From contig NC_083287.1 of NCBI RefSeq assembly GCF_963506605.1, forward strand, positions 12,214,001 through 12,278,000: a stretch of DNA of 64,000 nt. The letters are read 5' to 3'. A program made the position numbers and the translations under genes. The stretch comes from Zootoca vivipara. Taxonomy: Eukaryota. The notes beneath the pieces are model-generated. The model was not told the DNA's origin. It ran no database searches and worked only from the letters and a program-made list of their open reading frames with translations. This document shows, piece by piece, positions 12,904 to 25,751 of the stretch; the stretch's first letter is position 1; every line of letters starts with the position of its first letter.

Positions 12904-13485
12904 GCTACATGCCTTGGCTACCACAAAAGCCTGCTTTTCATTTACCCAGATTCCACTATACAGAACTCTGAGTGAATGAAGGAAACAGGTCCCAACCCTA
13001 TAGACATTTATCCAGGAGAAAGCCCAGCACTGAATTCAAATTTCCAGTGTTATATCTCCCATGCCATATGGCAGAAATGAAGCTCAGTAGTAGGCCATTT
13101 GCTTTAGAGGCAGAAGTTCCCTGTTTCAATCCCTGAGCACTTCAAATAGTAAAGACTCCTGCCTGAGTGCTTGGAGAGTTCTTAGACCAATGATCTAATT
13201 CAGTATTGGACAGTTTCCTGGGTAACAGTGAAGACATTCAGGGGGAGAAGCTGGTCAGACAGACATTTAGAGGATTTTATGCCAGTATCTTAACATGAGT
13301 TTATTCTCCATATTTTGTCACTGCTTTACCCTTTATTGTTTGCATTTAGCCAGCCGGACAATATACCGATCCTCATCAAGAGACTATATATTTAGCATTA
13401 TAACTGATTAAAATACTTGGTTTAATTGTCGTTGTTGTTTCTTATTTCATTGTATATAGATTCTTCATATTCAGTGGCAGAGAAG

Positions 13486-14559
13486 ATGGACGATTCTTCC
13501 ACGATGCCAGATTATGAAATAAGCACAACTTTTGACTATTCGGGTTTAGTATCCCTAGTCATTGACAAAAATGTGAAAAGATTCACCTTTTATTTTGTGC
13601 CACCGCTTTACTCTTTGGTGTTCATATTTGGCCTGCTGGGCAACTCACTGGTGGTTCTGATCCTCATCAGATACAAGAAACTCAAGAGCATGACCGATAT
13701 CTACCTGCTCAATTTAGCCATCTCGGACTTGCTTTTCATCTTCTCGCTCCCATTTTGGGCTTACTACGCAGCGCACGAGTGGATATTTGGAGATGCAATG
13801 TGCAAAATTCTCTCTGGGATCTACTGCGTAGGCTTCTACAGTGGAAGTTTTTTCATAATCCTTTTGACTATCGATAGATACCTGGCCATCGTCCATGCCG
13901 TGTTCGCATTAAAAGCCAGGACGATCACCTATGGCACCTTCACAAGCGTTGCCACTTGGGTGGTGGCCTTATTAGCCTCTCTGCCAGAATTTGTATTTCA
14001 TCATGTTCAAATGGAATCTGAGAGCCACAGCTGTACCATTCATTATCCCACCCAAAAGGAAAAAGAATGGAAGCAATTTATAACTTTGATGAAGTTCATT
14101 TTGGGCCTAGCCATTCCTGCAGTCATTATTATCTTCTCTTACATGCAGATTATAATGATTTTGATTAAGGGTAGAAATCAGAGAAAGCAGAAGGCTTTCA
14201 AGCTTATTGCTGTGATCATGGTTGTTTTTTTCCTCTTCTGGATGCCATTCAACATTGCCCTGTTGGTGCGGACCTTTCAAGATTCATTTTTCCCATCTAA
14301 CTCAGAGAATAATATTGAGGGCAAGGTAACTTTAGGAATTGAAGTCACAAGAGTAATTGCTCTGGTTCACTGTTGCATCAACCCTGTGATTTATGCCTTT
14401 CTGGGTGAAAGATTTCGGAAATATATCTCTATCTTTTTCCAAAAGTGCATGTTAGTTCTTCTCTGTAGGCTCTGCCCTGGTCGAAATTATCCTATTTTGG
14501 AACGGTCTACTTCCTCCTATATAAGTTCAACAGAACATGACATTTCTATTGGTTTGTGA
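13486..14559 (+). CDS. C-C chemokine receptor, CCR5/CCR2-like, paralog A (357 aa, single coding exon)
   Basis: 7TM ORF with [43 protein letters not shown] and C-terminal ISIGL. Likely start is AAG-ATG-G at 13486; the track's TTG start lies in the intron/acceptor region. Confidence 0.93.
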   Translation: MDDSSTMPDYEISTTFDYSGLVSLVIDKNVKRFTFYFVPPLYSLVFIFGLLGNSLVVLILIRYKKLKSMTDIYLLNLAISDLLFIFSLPFWAYYAAHEWIFGDAMCKILSGIYCVGFYSGSFFIILLTIDRYLAIVHAVFALKARTITYGTFTSVATWVVALLASLPEFVFHHVQMESESHSCTIHYPTQKEKEWKQFITLMKFILGLAIPAVIIIFSYMQIIMILIKGRNQRKQKAFKLIAVIMVVFFLFWMPFNIALLVRTFQDSFFPSNSENNIEGKVTLGIEVTRVIALVHCCINPVIYAFLGERFRKYISIFFQKCMLVLLCRLCPGRNYPILERSTSSYISSTEHDISIGL

Positions 14560-14612
14560 AGTGATTTCCAGTTGTCTTTGTCCATCTTTTCTTTCTAAAC
14601 ACTTTAGTTGGT

Positions 14613-14848
14613 TAGGGTTGCCATACATCCGGGATTTCCAGGACGTAGCTGGAATATAGCAGTCAGAAACATTGTCCGGGGGGAAATCGCTTAAATGTCC
14701 AGGCAAATCCGTACGTATGGCAATTCATGTCGGGAGTCTAGTTTGGGGCAAGTTTTCTTAAAGCTGCTTCTTCTTTTTTGAGATTTTGCAAAAGAAGCTC
14801 AACAACTCTTGCGTCCAGATTTTCACTTTTTGAAATTTGCCAACCCTA
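14613..14848. mobile_element. hAT-type MITE in the 3'UTR of CCR paralog A
   Basis: TIR TAGGGTTGCCA / TGCCAACCCTA; duplicated GTTGGT flanks; absent at the homologous site behind paralog B. Confidence 0.8.
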
Positions 14849-15392
14849 TGTTGGTATATCGGACCAAAGTATGTCAGACTGCTAAGGGGGAAATGAAAAC
14901 AATATGTTAGGATACTGTATAACCTTTGGAGGGAAACCATTCCTGTGCCCCTTCCCCCTTGGGGCTCCTGTGGGGGAAGGGAGCAGGCAGATCTGGTAAG
15001 ACATATTTTGATGAACTACAATTCCTGTTCTGATAGGTGGTGCAAAACTGCTCACACAAATTATTGAAAAATACTGAGTTTGTACAAATAAATGCCGAAC
15101 TCTAGCTTTGGAAGTCAGTTGTATCAGGAAAGTGAAGACAATTCCTATCAAATTTCTCTCAATATGAGATGCAGAAATGGATCCAAGTATCACGAAGCCC
15201 AGGATGTTAATGAGTTATCTCTGCCATTATCTGGTCTTCCAATTGAGGGAGCCATAGGGACAGGTTCATATGGACATCTGAAGCAGCCTTAAGTGGGCCA
15301 GAACATTGGTCCATTATTAACCCAATACCTGGATAGGCTGCAGCTGATTCAGGACTTCAGGCTGAGTTTTTCTCAAGTCCTGCTACCAGAAG

Positions 15393-16338
15393 GCCCTATA
15401 AGTGAAGATGTCAAGGACTGAAGTTAGTACTTTCTCCATTTAAGCACCACCAAATTCAATGGAACTTACTCCCAGTTCACTCTGTATATAACTGCAGTCA
15501 TGCTGATTCTAATAAATTCTGTATTATGCCACCTTTGGGAGAGTGCATATTATTTTACAATAGATCAACACAGGAGCTGTTTTTCATCCTGGGGTTCTGG
15601 GAAATGTCACGATGTCTCCTGTACTACCTACACCTCTGTCAGGCGCTGCTCGTCATATTCCTAAACTTTTGGCTTCTTTGGAGAAGAGGTCTTACGCCAT
15701 TAAGGTACATCAAACCATGATCAGCATTTTCTTGTTTGACAAAGGAAATGGCAAGGTCAGAACTCTGAGCAATGCTTATTCTCGTGAACCTGCCCTGGAA
15801 TCCAACCGGAGAGAATGTGGTTGGTGACAGATGGAGCAGAAAAAATGGTTGGGAGGGGAAAGGCAAGGAATCCGGCTGCCTCTCTCTCCACCCATCAGAA
15901 GCTCCTCCATTCACAACGGCATCTTCTCAAAACCAATTTAGTATTTTTTTAAAAATGTGACTGCAGCAGCTCCCTTACACACGTGGTTTCCCCTTGAGAT
16001 AATGACATGGTAAGATAAAGACAAGGTTCTATTACTATTATTATTATCTTTAATAAGCCATATTAAAACTGTATTTTACTGGGGGAATGGCAAATAAGAG
16101 TTATGTCCAGTTTAATAGGTGCTATAGTTGGAAATATCCACACCTCTGCAGATTTCCAGGACGTCACCCATCATTTTTAAAGGACATATACTGTAGATGC
16201 AATTTTGGTCACTGAGTTCGAGCCAGAAAACAACCCTGTCAACATGCTGTACTCTACATTACAGTATTCAATTTCTTTTGAAAGATGACTAAGGGCCTCA
16301 CTCAGGAAAGAGTTTTGTGGAAGCCTATTGGACTCAGA
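15393..16338 (+). repeat. Partner of the inverted duplication; part also tandemly repeated at ~16420-16735 and homologous to ~27570-27925 behind paralog B
   Basis: Direct sequence comparison. Confidence 0.85.
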
Positions 16339-17061
16339 TAGTCCTCTCAGAACCTGCTCCAAGTACCGTGATGCCCAAGATGATATATAGTTCCTCTGTT
16401 ACCTGATCTTCTACTAGAGGGAGACATTAAGCCCTGGATAGTTGCATATGAACATTTGAAGCTGGCATTGGCAGTGTTATACTCTTGGTTCATTAATCCA
16501 GTATTGTCTACTTGGATAAGCAGCAACTGATCCAGGAATTCAGACTGAGTTTTCCTCAAGTCCTGCTACCAGAAGGCCCTATAAGTGAAGATGTCAAGGA
16601 CTGAAGTTGGAACCTTCTGCACGTAAAGCACCTTTGAGTTCAATGGAACTTACTCCTCGTTTACTCTGTATACAACTGCATTCATGTGGATCCTAATAAA
16701 TAGTGTATTGTGCTATCTTTGGGAGAGTATTGTATTAATACAGCTGTTTGCCTTTTTATACCTTTAGAAGACACCTGAAGGCAGTCCTGTATAGGGAAGT
16801 TTTTTTAAAAAAAATATATTAATGTGTTATTATGTTTTTATATATGTTGGAAGACGCCTAGGTGGCTGGGGCAACCTAGTCAGATGGGTGGGGTACAAAT
16901 AGTAAAATTATTATTGTTGTTGTTGAATTGGACGTCCCTATTTTCATCGGATAAATATTTGAGAGTATGATGGCCTATGAAGAAATGTTGCAGCATTTGG
17001 GGATTTTTAGTTTAGAGCAGTGATTCCCAACCTTTTTTTGGCCATGCCCCACCTGACCATC

Positions 17062-17564
17062 TGTCAGGAGGAAGGCAAGTAAGAGGAGACAAGATAGAAG
17101 AGGAGATGTCACATGACTGTCAGAGACATGGCCGGCAGAGAGGACTCAGCAGAGGGGGAGGAAGAGGCAGAGGAAAACAGGAACTTGGTTCATTCACACT
17201 ACGAAAGTGAGACAAGCCCTTCTTGCTCTGGGTTGCTGCCTGTAAGTTTTCGCAGCAGCACAGAGATGAAGGAGCAGGATGCAGGTGGTCGAAGGGGGTT
17301 GAATTCAACTCCAGAGGAGGCGGCATTGGCTGCACCTGAGTCTCCAAGAAGTAGGCAGACCAGCAGGAAGCGGGGGGCGGGCTTGGCGTATATCTGGCCT
17401 TGGAAGGGGCTGGAAGAAGCCAGTTGAGTCAACTGACTCTTTGACAGTGAGGTATGAGTTGTGGGAAGCTCGGATTGCTGAAAGCCTGTTGTTGATAAAT
17501 AAACCTCAACTTGTCGAGCTGCTGGTGTGTCGTGTCTTGTGTGGGAGAAGTGCTAAACCTGACA
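17062..17564 (+). mobile_element. Solo-LTR-like element
   Basis: TGTCAGG...CCTGACA termini, AATAAA ~65 bp from the 3' end; no clear TSD. Confidence 0.55.
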
Positions 17565-18454
17565 GCGACATGGCACGAAGATCAAGTGGAAAGAGAAAGG
17601 TTTATCTCCCTGTCTCATAGCAATAGAACTTGTGGACGTCAAATGGAGCAGAATGTTTGAAGATTCGGAACAGATGAAATAAAGCACTTCTTCATGAGGT
17701 GTGTAGTTAAATCATGGAACTCATTCCTGCGGGAGGCAGTGGTGGCCACCAAATTCATGGAGAGGGCTATTGAAGGCTACTAGCCATGTGGCCATGCTCT
17801 GTCTCCACAGAGGAAGCAATGCTTCTGAATACCAGTTTCAGGGAACGGCAAGGGGTGAGGAGAGTGCTCTAGTGCTCACGCCCTGCTTGCTGCTTTCTCA
17901 CAGGAACCTGCTTGGCCACTGTGAGGACGGGATGCTCAACCAATAGCCTGATCCAGCATGTACCAATAGCCTGATCCAGCAGGCTCCTCTTATGAGTTTC
18001 ATTTAATAGTCTTATTTAAAACAGTTCCTTAACATCAGCCAACTCGTCCGTTTGTATTTACTGAATTATCTGGACCCTGTTCGCACACACAACTTGTGGG
18101 TAGTGCGTGGACCCCTTCTCCGTGGTTATGTCCTCCGTTGCAGCATTGTGCACATAAATACAGGAACCACACGAGTGGGGTGAAAACCAGCCGTGTGGGT
18201 CCTTCTCACTCAAGTGCCATTTGGAAAGGAGAGAGGGTACAATTTATGAATGGAAAGGAATTGGCCACATTCCTCAGGTTTTGTCAAAGCTTCGGAAAAG
18301 CTATTCCTCCCCCAGTTGCAGCAAGAGCAGAGAAAACAAGGTAGAGTCCTTTTTAATGGGATTTACTCATATATAATAGTGAGAGGCAACAGAACGCCGC
18401 AATGCTGCATTCCTCTTCTCCTTCAATGTCAGGAGAATGGGGTGGGGTGGGGGG

Positions 18455-18903
18455 CAGTGCCGGATTTACATATAACCTAAAGAAGCTATAGCTTAAGGCC
18501 CCACTCTCTTGGAGGGGTCCAAAAAAATTTAAAGGAAAAAAACTGGATGTACATTTCCAAAATATAAGAAAAAAAGCAAATAAAATAAAACCTACATACA
18601 GCAACAGTGTTTTGTGTTGTGTAGGCTCCTATGGTGTAAGTAATCCCCCCCCCCCCCGGCTAGCCTGCTCCCTAAAATATCACTGGTTTGCTCATTTCTA
18701 TATCAATTACTTTGATAAAATACATATTTTGTTATGTGCAAATGGCTTTAGATACCTATTAGGTCCATAAATTACCATATAGCATATATTCAACACAAAA
18801 AACAGCGACAATTTGTTGTTGACAAAGGACAGCTGGACATAAACAGTAAAGGGCCCCATTCTCTTCAGTAGCTTAGGGCCTCATCAAACCTAAATCCGGC
18901 CCG
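18455..18903. mobile_element. hAT-type non-autonomous DNA transposon
   Basis: TIR CAGTGCCGGATTTA / TAAATCCGGCCCG. Confidence 0.7.
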
Positions 18904-19302
18904 GGGGGGGGGGCGCCTGATCTCCACCATTCCTCTTCCCTCCTGTCCCCTTGAGTCCGATCCCTGACAAGTTTGATATCTGGGAGTTTTCGGCAATGTC
19001 ATTGGACCTTGCCAAAGCAAAACAGTTTCCTTGCTGCAAAAGGCATGTATGAATGGGGGCCAAGTTTCCACCTCATATGTAGTAACTGGGCTTGCGTTTT
19101 GAGAATCTTTGCAGCACAGCTTTGATGCTCTTATACATGAGGACCTATTGAAAGAATCACCCCAAATGTGCTACCCACAGACAGTTATATAGCTGAAGCT
19201 TTGGCAACCAGGCAAGTACAGCACTTGTCGGACAACCTTGAAGCAGTATTGAGACTCTTGTGTGAAGGCATTGGGGCAGGGAGTTATGAAGACTGCTTCA
19301 GA

Positions 19303-19392
<90 letters not shown>
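19303..19392. repeat. (AAT)n(TTA)n self-complementary microsatellite
   Basis: Direct observation; L2 tail. Confidence 0.95.
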
Positions 19393-20700
19393 GTACCCTG
19401 CCCATCCGGCTGGGTCTTCCCAGCCACTCTGGGTGGCTTCCAACAAAGATTAAAAATACTGTACATTAAAATGTCACACATTTAAAACTTCCCTAAACAG
19501 GGCTGCCTTCTAAATGTCAGGTTTATCTCTTTGACATCTGATGGGAGGGCATTCCACAGGGCGGGTGCCACCACCGAGAAGGCCCTCTGCCTGGTTTCCC
19601 TGTAGCTTTGCTTCTCGCAGTGAGGGTACCACCACAAGACCCTCAGCGCTGGACCTCAGTGTCCGGGCAGAACGATGGGGGTGGAGACGCTCCTTCAGGT
19701 ATACTGGGCCAAGGCTGTTTAGGGCTTTAAAGGTCAGCACCAACACTTTGAATTGTGCTCAGAAACGTACAGGGAGCCAATGTAGGTGTTTCAGGACTGA
19801 TGTTATATGGTCTCGGTGGCCACTCCCAGTCACCAGTCTAGCTGCCGCATTCTGGATTAGTTGCCGTTTCCAGGTCACCTTCAAAGGTAGCCCCACGTAG
19901 ACTGCATTGCAGTAGTCCAAGCGGGAGATAACTAGAGCATGCACCGCTCTGGTGAGAGAGTCCACTGGCAGGTAGGGTCTCAGCCTGCGTACCAGATGGA
20001 GCTGGTAGACAGCTGCCCTGGATACAGAATTGACCTGTGTCTCCATGGACAGCTGTGAGTCCAAAATGACTCCCGGGCTGCGCACCTGGTCCTTCAGGGG
20101 CACAGTTATCCCATCCAGGGAGTCCTCTACACCAGCCTGCCCCCTGTCCCCCACGAACAGTACTTCTGTCTTGTCAGGATTCAACCTCAATCCATTAGCC
20201 GCCATCCATACTCCAACCACCTCCACGCACTCACACCGGACCTTCACTGCCTTCACTGGTTCTGATTTAAAAGAGAAGTAGAGCTGGGTGTCAGGGATGA
20301 TCCAGTGGCTTCCGGTTCCCCAGAGGGGAAACTGGCCGGGGGGGGGGGGGAGAGACATTGTCAGGAGACTCTCGTGGTGATTGTTGTGAAGAGAGGAAGC
20401 CCCGTCAGACCAGACCCGGAGGCAGGTATGCTCTACAAACAACGACTAAGCCTGCCTCCTCGGTAATGACATGGTCTAGTCTTAGCGTAACTCCTCCTCC
20501 TGCCCATGATCACTGAGATTGGATGTCCCAGTGCACCCCCCCCGGTGGAACTTGCCATTCTATTGGCTGGGGCCCACTCCCAGGCAACCCTGATCCCGCC
20601 CCTTAGAAACAAAATGCAAACTACTGTATACAACAACCAATAAAACAATAAAACAATAAAAAACAAAAACAAAACAACAGTTATACTAAAATTAACCCCC
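19340..20700 (-). mobile_element. L2 LINE: 3' RT/tail portion (to ~20293) joined to a probable 5' portion
   Basis: DTQLY...LRLNPDKTEVL...SRLDYCNAVYVGLP...QNAAARLVTG; L2 tail cccagccggatgggcagggta(TAA)n. Confidence 0.85.
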
Positions 20701-20859
20701 AACCAGATATCCATCCCACCCACCCCAACAGAGCAAAAAGGGGGGGGGGAATAAGAAAAAGTGCCACCGACTGCTTAAGGACATTATAAAACACATAAAA
20801 TCCCATATAAACAGTCCTGTGAGACTTCGTTAGATTGCTTTTGGTATTTTTTGCAATTC

Positions 20860-21159
20860 AGCATAAACAGCAACTCAAAATTGTGCAACGAAAGTCTAGT
20901 AAGATACTTTGCAGTTTTCTAAATCCTCTGCAGGAGTACGGAAACAGATGTTGCTGACCAGGCAAATGATTGCTGTTAGAATAAGGGAACTATTTCTTGA
21001 TTTTAAGGAGTCACGTTTGTCCACTAGAAATTTGTAGAACAAACTTTTCTTCCCACAGGAAAGGGCTGTTTGTTTCTGGTTTCCACAACGTACCTGTTCC
21101 AAATAATCCAACTTTCACCACCATATCTTAAAAGCAAGCACCTTTGTAAATTGGTGAGT
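20860..21159 (+). promoter_or_regulatory. Putative promoter / non-coding exon 1 of CCR paralog B (donor TTG|GTGAGT at 21154)
   Basis: ~300 bp block repeated upstream of paralogs B, C and D, each ending at a consensus donor; contains a C/EBP-like ATTGTGCAAC. Confidence 0.6.
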
Positions 21160-24100
21160 TAATCTGAGGGATGCAGGGAGGGGGGATGCATTTGTGTGAA
21201 TTTTGTGCCTGACTTTGCACGTTTCCTTCTTCCTTCCCCACCCTTTATTCTCTTTGCGTTTTGTCTTTTTCAATTGTAAGCTTGAGGATTGTGATGGTGT
21301 TATTTTTATCCACCTGTAAGCCATCTTGGGAGCCTCTGTAGTTGAATCTTCTGAATCAATCAGTACATCCTCTGTATTTCATGACTCTTGGCAAGTTCAT
21401 TATAATGAGTGATTAAGATAACAGATTGCATTGAACCAGCATGTTGAATCTTTGCAGCTAAGACTGCAAGCTCCAGAGCAGTTTCTCCTACTCATTTTTG
21501 GAACTGCAAGTACAATTCACTACATTTCTGCATCAGCTTGTGATCTTTTTTCAAACAAGTTCTCATTAAAATTCTCACACGCCACCATCCTTCTTTCTTT
21601 TACACGTTCTGCATGCAATTTGATCTAACTTCCTCACAATAGCAAGCAATTTTAGCTTAACCTTATGCATTTTGTATATCGTCACAAATATATGAATTTC
21701 CACACACATAGTCTCCTAACATAAAGTATGCCCATTGCCCACGTTTTTTTCATTGGAGAACTTTGGAAAAGTGTGAATTTTGAAGGAGACCTGCATTTCA
21801 GTTCATACATTATTTTGGGAAGTCTGAATCACAATGGTTTGCAAACTCAACTCAATTTCTCCCCCATCGCTTTTGCGAGTGGTGGGTGGCAAACCTCAGT
21901 GCCTTATGTTTTTCATCAGTTTGGGAATCTGGAATATATAATATTACAGTTTGGAACATCAAAATATCAAAAATACTCAAAACAGCCAAAATATCACTGA
22001 CAAACACAAACAGGCTTAAATCTCATCAATTTTGCAGAAGATCAAGATGGGGAAAATGTACTGATATGAATGTCTGCTAGGTAGAGTCAACTGGAATTGT
22101 TTGTGGTTCTTATTGTTGGAAGGAAAGTCCTAGACTTTCATCCTGAAATGCAGATACTTGTTAACTTAAGAGAAGGACAGAAAGGAAGGCCTATTTTAAA
22201 GTTACTTTTGAAAGGAGGGGCAGGAAAAGGAAATTAACACTGTGGTACAGTCTAATGAGCAGCCAGCCATCTGCCTCACTGGAAACGGGGCACATTTTAG
22301 CCTGTCCTGCAATCAAGACTCCAATTGATAGATCAATCAATCAGTTTGGCAGGTGTTCTGCTGGCATTGTTTTCTATAACTAATAGGGTGAGTGCTTCAA
22401 AGTACCATTGTTTTATTTAAATTGACTTCCTTCATTTCATTCAGTCCTTTATCGCGCGTTGGGGGTGAAAGAATCTACCAGTTTTGGTTTCTCAGTTATT
22501 CAGTCCTAGATGCAATTCTTCTTTGTGATTAAAAACAAAACCAATCCTCGTGAAAATTCTTCAGAATTTTAGTACGAATTCCTACTAACAAACCATTATT
22601 ATTTTTTACAATCAGTTTTGAATAATGTACACATTTTTGCAAGCATTTCCCCCGTGCTTGTTTTTATAGGCACTTTCCCCTAATTTATGCATTTTTATTA
22701 GCCTTGTTTGGCTGGAGAACTGCATCACAAAAAGTGTGGATTTTGAAGGCTGCAAGATTTTCGGTTCTTGTAATGTTTTGGAAAGTGTGAATTGGATAAC
22801 TTCTGCTTTAAATGGAAACCAAATAAAATTTATCCTCCATCCCTAATTGCAATGAAGCCCAGTTTGGGATGCCTAGTGGTTGGAATGCCTAAGGCTGCAT
22901 GTGGATGTAACTTGTCCTATCTATCTCATGGGATAGTTGCAAAAATAAAAGAAACAAGAATGGTGGAACATACTGTTAACCAAGAGGATGGGAACTCTGT
23001 CAACCTCCTAAATTAGCTCTGAGTGTGGGAATCAATATCCTTTAGAGGTAAATCTAGTTAGTGTTAGAATGATGCATTTCTCAGTTGTGGTTCCTTGTAT
23101 CTGAATGAAATAAGCTCAATAAGCTCAGGAAAGCAATGAAATCTTTACAGGCAGCCCTGTTTTGGAATGTTTTTAATGCTTGATGTTTTACTGTGTTTTT
23201 ATATGTGCTGTAAGCCGCTCAGAGTGGCTGGGGAAACCCAGCCAGATGGGCGGGGTATAAATAATAAAATTATTATTAAAAATTATTAGTAGTGATTTTG
23301 CCAAGTCCTTGAGCCCTAGTCTGCTGGGGCTGCAATGACTTTTGGCCAGGGATAGGGAAACTGCAGCTCTCCAAACGTTGCTGGTCTCCCATTTCCCCTA
23401 GCATTTGGCCAGATTGGCTGGGGCAGGTGGAATTTGGCATTCAATAACATCTGGAGAGCTAACCAGCTGCTCCAGTTTTTGATATTTCCTCCCAATTTTG
23501 TTATGATTAGGCTTTGCCGATGCAATTCCCAGCATTGTATTTTTTGCCGTGCATCCCACCTTCATGACTTCCTTAGTGAGATGCAGAATGAACATCGCAA
23601 CATAAATCAATACCGTATGATAAAGCTGTGGCTGCAAAACTCAGTGTGACAGCAGAAAACCCCTGGGAATCTCTTCTTCTTTGCTAGAACTCCACATCTC
23701 TAATTCTAGACTGAGCTAAACTTTTTTGGTTCAGCTGCAATGGCAGGCAGCGATAATATAGTAGCATTGGGAAAGCATCAGGGAACAGCGGATAAAAGAC
23801 ATTGATGTGTTGACAGTCCACCAAGAATGCACTATTATTGTGCCAATGACATGTTGCAGAATTCATCCACAAAACCACCAGTCTGGAGTTGCCCAAAGCT
23901 GTGGAGACAGCAGGCCACTTCCTCTGGTTTGGTGTGCTAGATCTGGCTTGCCAAGCACAGTCTAGCATTCCTGTCCTATACACAGACTTGGACCAAAGTC
24001 TCCCCCTTTCCTGCCATTCCACGGAAACTGCTGGATGTACATGAAGGACTTGCAGCCAGCCTGTTTTTAGAACTCCTGCTCCTCCTATAGACACCCAACT

Positions 24101-25320
24101 TTTTATCATTTCTTACAGCTGGCAGCCGAGAAAACAGAACAAGCAGCATTGAGCATTTCCCGAACAGCTGCTCTAAGATTTGCACAGCTCACTACAGTGA
24201 TTTGGAATTGCAAGGGAAATAAACTGACTGTTTCAATAGTCAGGAGAGGTTTGGGTAATCAAAGTCCTTGAATTCTCACCTCCTGTGCTGGATTTTACCA
24301 ATTGCACAGTAAGTGATACTAACATTTTACTTATAAGCTACATGGCTTGGCTGCCACAAAAGCCAGATACCACTATACAGAACTCTGAATGAATGAAGGA
24401 AACAGGCCCTAAATCTATAGACACTTTTCCAGGAGAAAGCCCAGCATTGAATTCAATGGGACTTATGGACACATATTGGTTTACCCAGTTATATGGTAAC
24501 CAGTTATATGGTAACATTTAAACTTACCACAAAGTTCTGCTTTTCATTAACCCAAATGCCACTTTTCAGTGCTCTTAATGTGCACAGAAAACTTAGGTTC
24601 TTATAGATACTGACCAAGGACTAAGCCCTCCCCCCCACTTCCAATTTCCAGTGGTATATCTCCCATGTATTATTCCATATGGCAGAATTAAAGCTCAGTA
24701 GTATACCATTTGCTTTAGAGGCAAAAGGTCCCTGTTTCAATTCCTGAGAACTTCAAATAGGATTGGTAAAGACTCCTGTCTGAACCCTTTGTGAGTTCTT
24801 GCAGCCTCCCTTGGGAGCTTTCTAGCGTCTCCTTCCTTGGAGGTTTTTACCCTGTCCTGGATTCTTTAGCTGGAAGGGTTACCTTCCAACTCTACAATTC
24901 TATAATCCCTGTTGCTGGTTATTGTAGATAATACCAGTGTTCTAATTCAGTATAAGAAAGTTTCCTGGATAATAATAATAATAATAATAATAATTTATTT
25001 ATACCCCACCCATCTGGCTGGGTTTCCCCAGCCACTCTGGGTGGCTTCCAACAGAAAAATAAAACACAATAGTCTATTATACATTAAAAGCCTCCCTGAA
25101 CAGGGCTGCCTTCAGATGTCTTCTAAAAGTCTGGTAGTTGTTTTACCATTGAATTGATTCAGGGGGAGGAGCTGCTCAGACAACCATTTAGAAGGTTTTA
25201 TGCCAGTAACTTGAATTTATTCTCCATTTTTGTCACTGCTTTAATATTTATCATTTATATTTAGTCTGCGGGACGATACACTAATCCACAGCAGTAGACC
25301 ACATATTTAGCATTATCACG

Positions 25321-25751
25321 TGTAAGGGGGAGGGCTTATAGGGAACAGCCCCCCCCTCATCAGGAGCAGCCCATCTCCCAGCAGTAATGAAAGCGAAGGG
25401 TCGGAAGGGGAAAGTCAGGAGACAGAGAGGGAGTGCCAGAGTTCTGGCAACATCCAAGAGGCACTGCTCCTCATACAGGAAGAGAGGGGAAAGAGAGGAT
25501 GGGACTCAGACGGGCCGGAGACCTTTCACCCCGACATCGGAATTAAGGAGGAGGAGAAAGGGGAGGAGGTTCGCTGCCCCGCGACTCTTATGTTGGTCAA
25601 GGTCGCGAAAGGGGGCAGTGCCGGATTCTGATTCGGACTGATGAGACATGAAACCAGCAGCTCACTTCCCTGTAATGTGCACCAATAAAAGTTCCTGAAA
25701 GACAAGCATGTGGAGGGTCGTTACTCAAGAGTAGTTGCAAAAACCCTGACA
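25321..25751 (+). mobile_element. Solo LTR (431 bp) upstream of the paralog B coding exon
   Basis: TGTAAGGG...CCCTGACA termini, AATAAA at 25684, 5-bp flanks TCACG/TCAAG; empty site visible in paralog A near 13400. Confidence 0.75.

Noticed and set aside
12739-12924. Poly-Glu ORF on the minus strand
   Set aside because: It is a translation of the (TTC)n microsatellite.
13426-13485. N-terminal extensions of the CCR ORFs (also 25918, 34346, 47573)
   Set aside because: They run through polypyrimidine/AG acceptor sequence or start at TTG; the shared AAG-ATG is the more likely start.
13714-13896. Near-identical antisense 60-aa ORFs (also 34628-34810)
   Set aside because: By-product of the homogenised CCR coding tract; no independent support.
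19168-19485. Poly-Asn/poly-Leu ORFs on both strands
   Set aside because: They are translations of the (AAT)n(TTA)n L2 tail.
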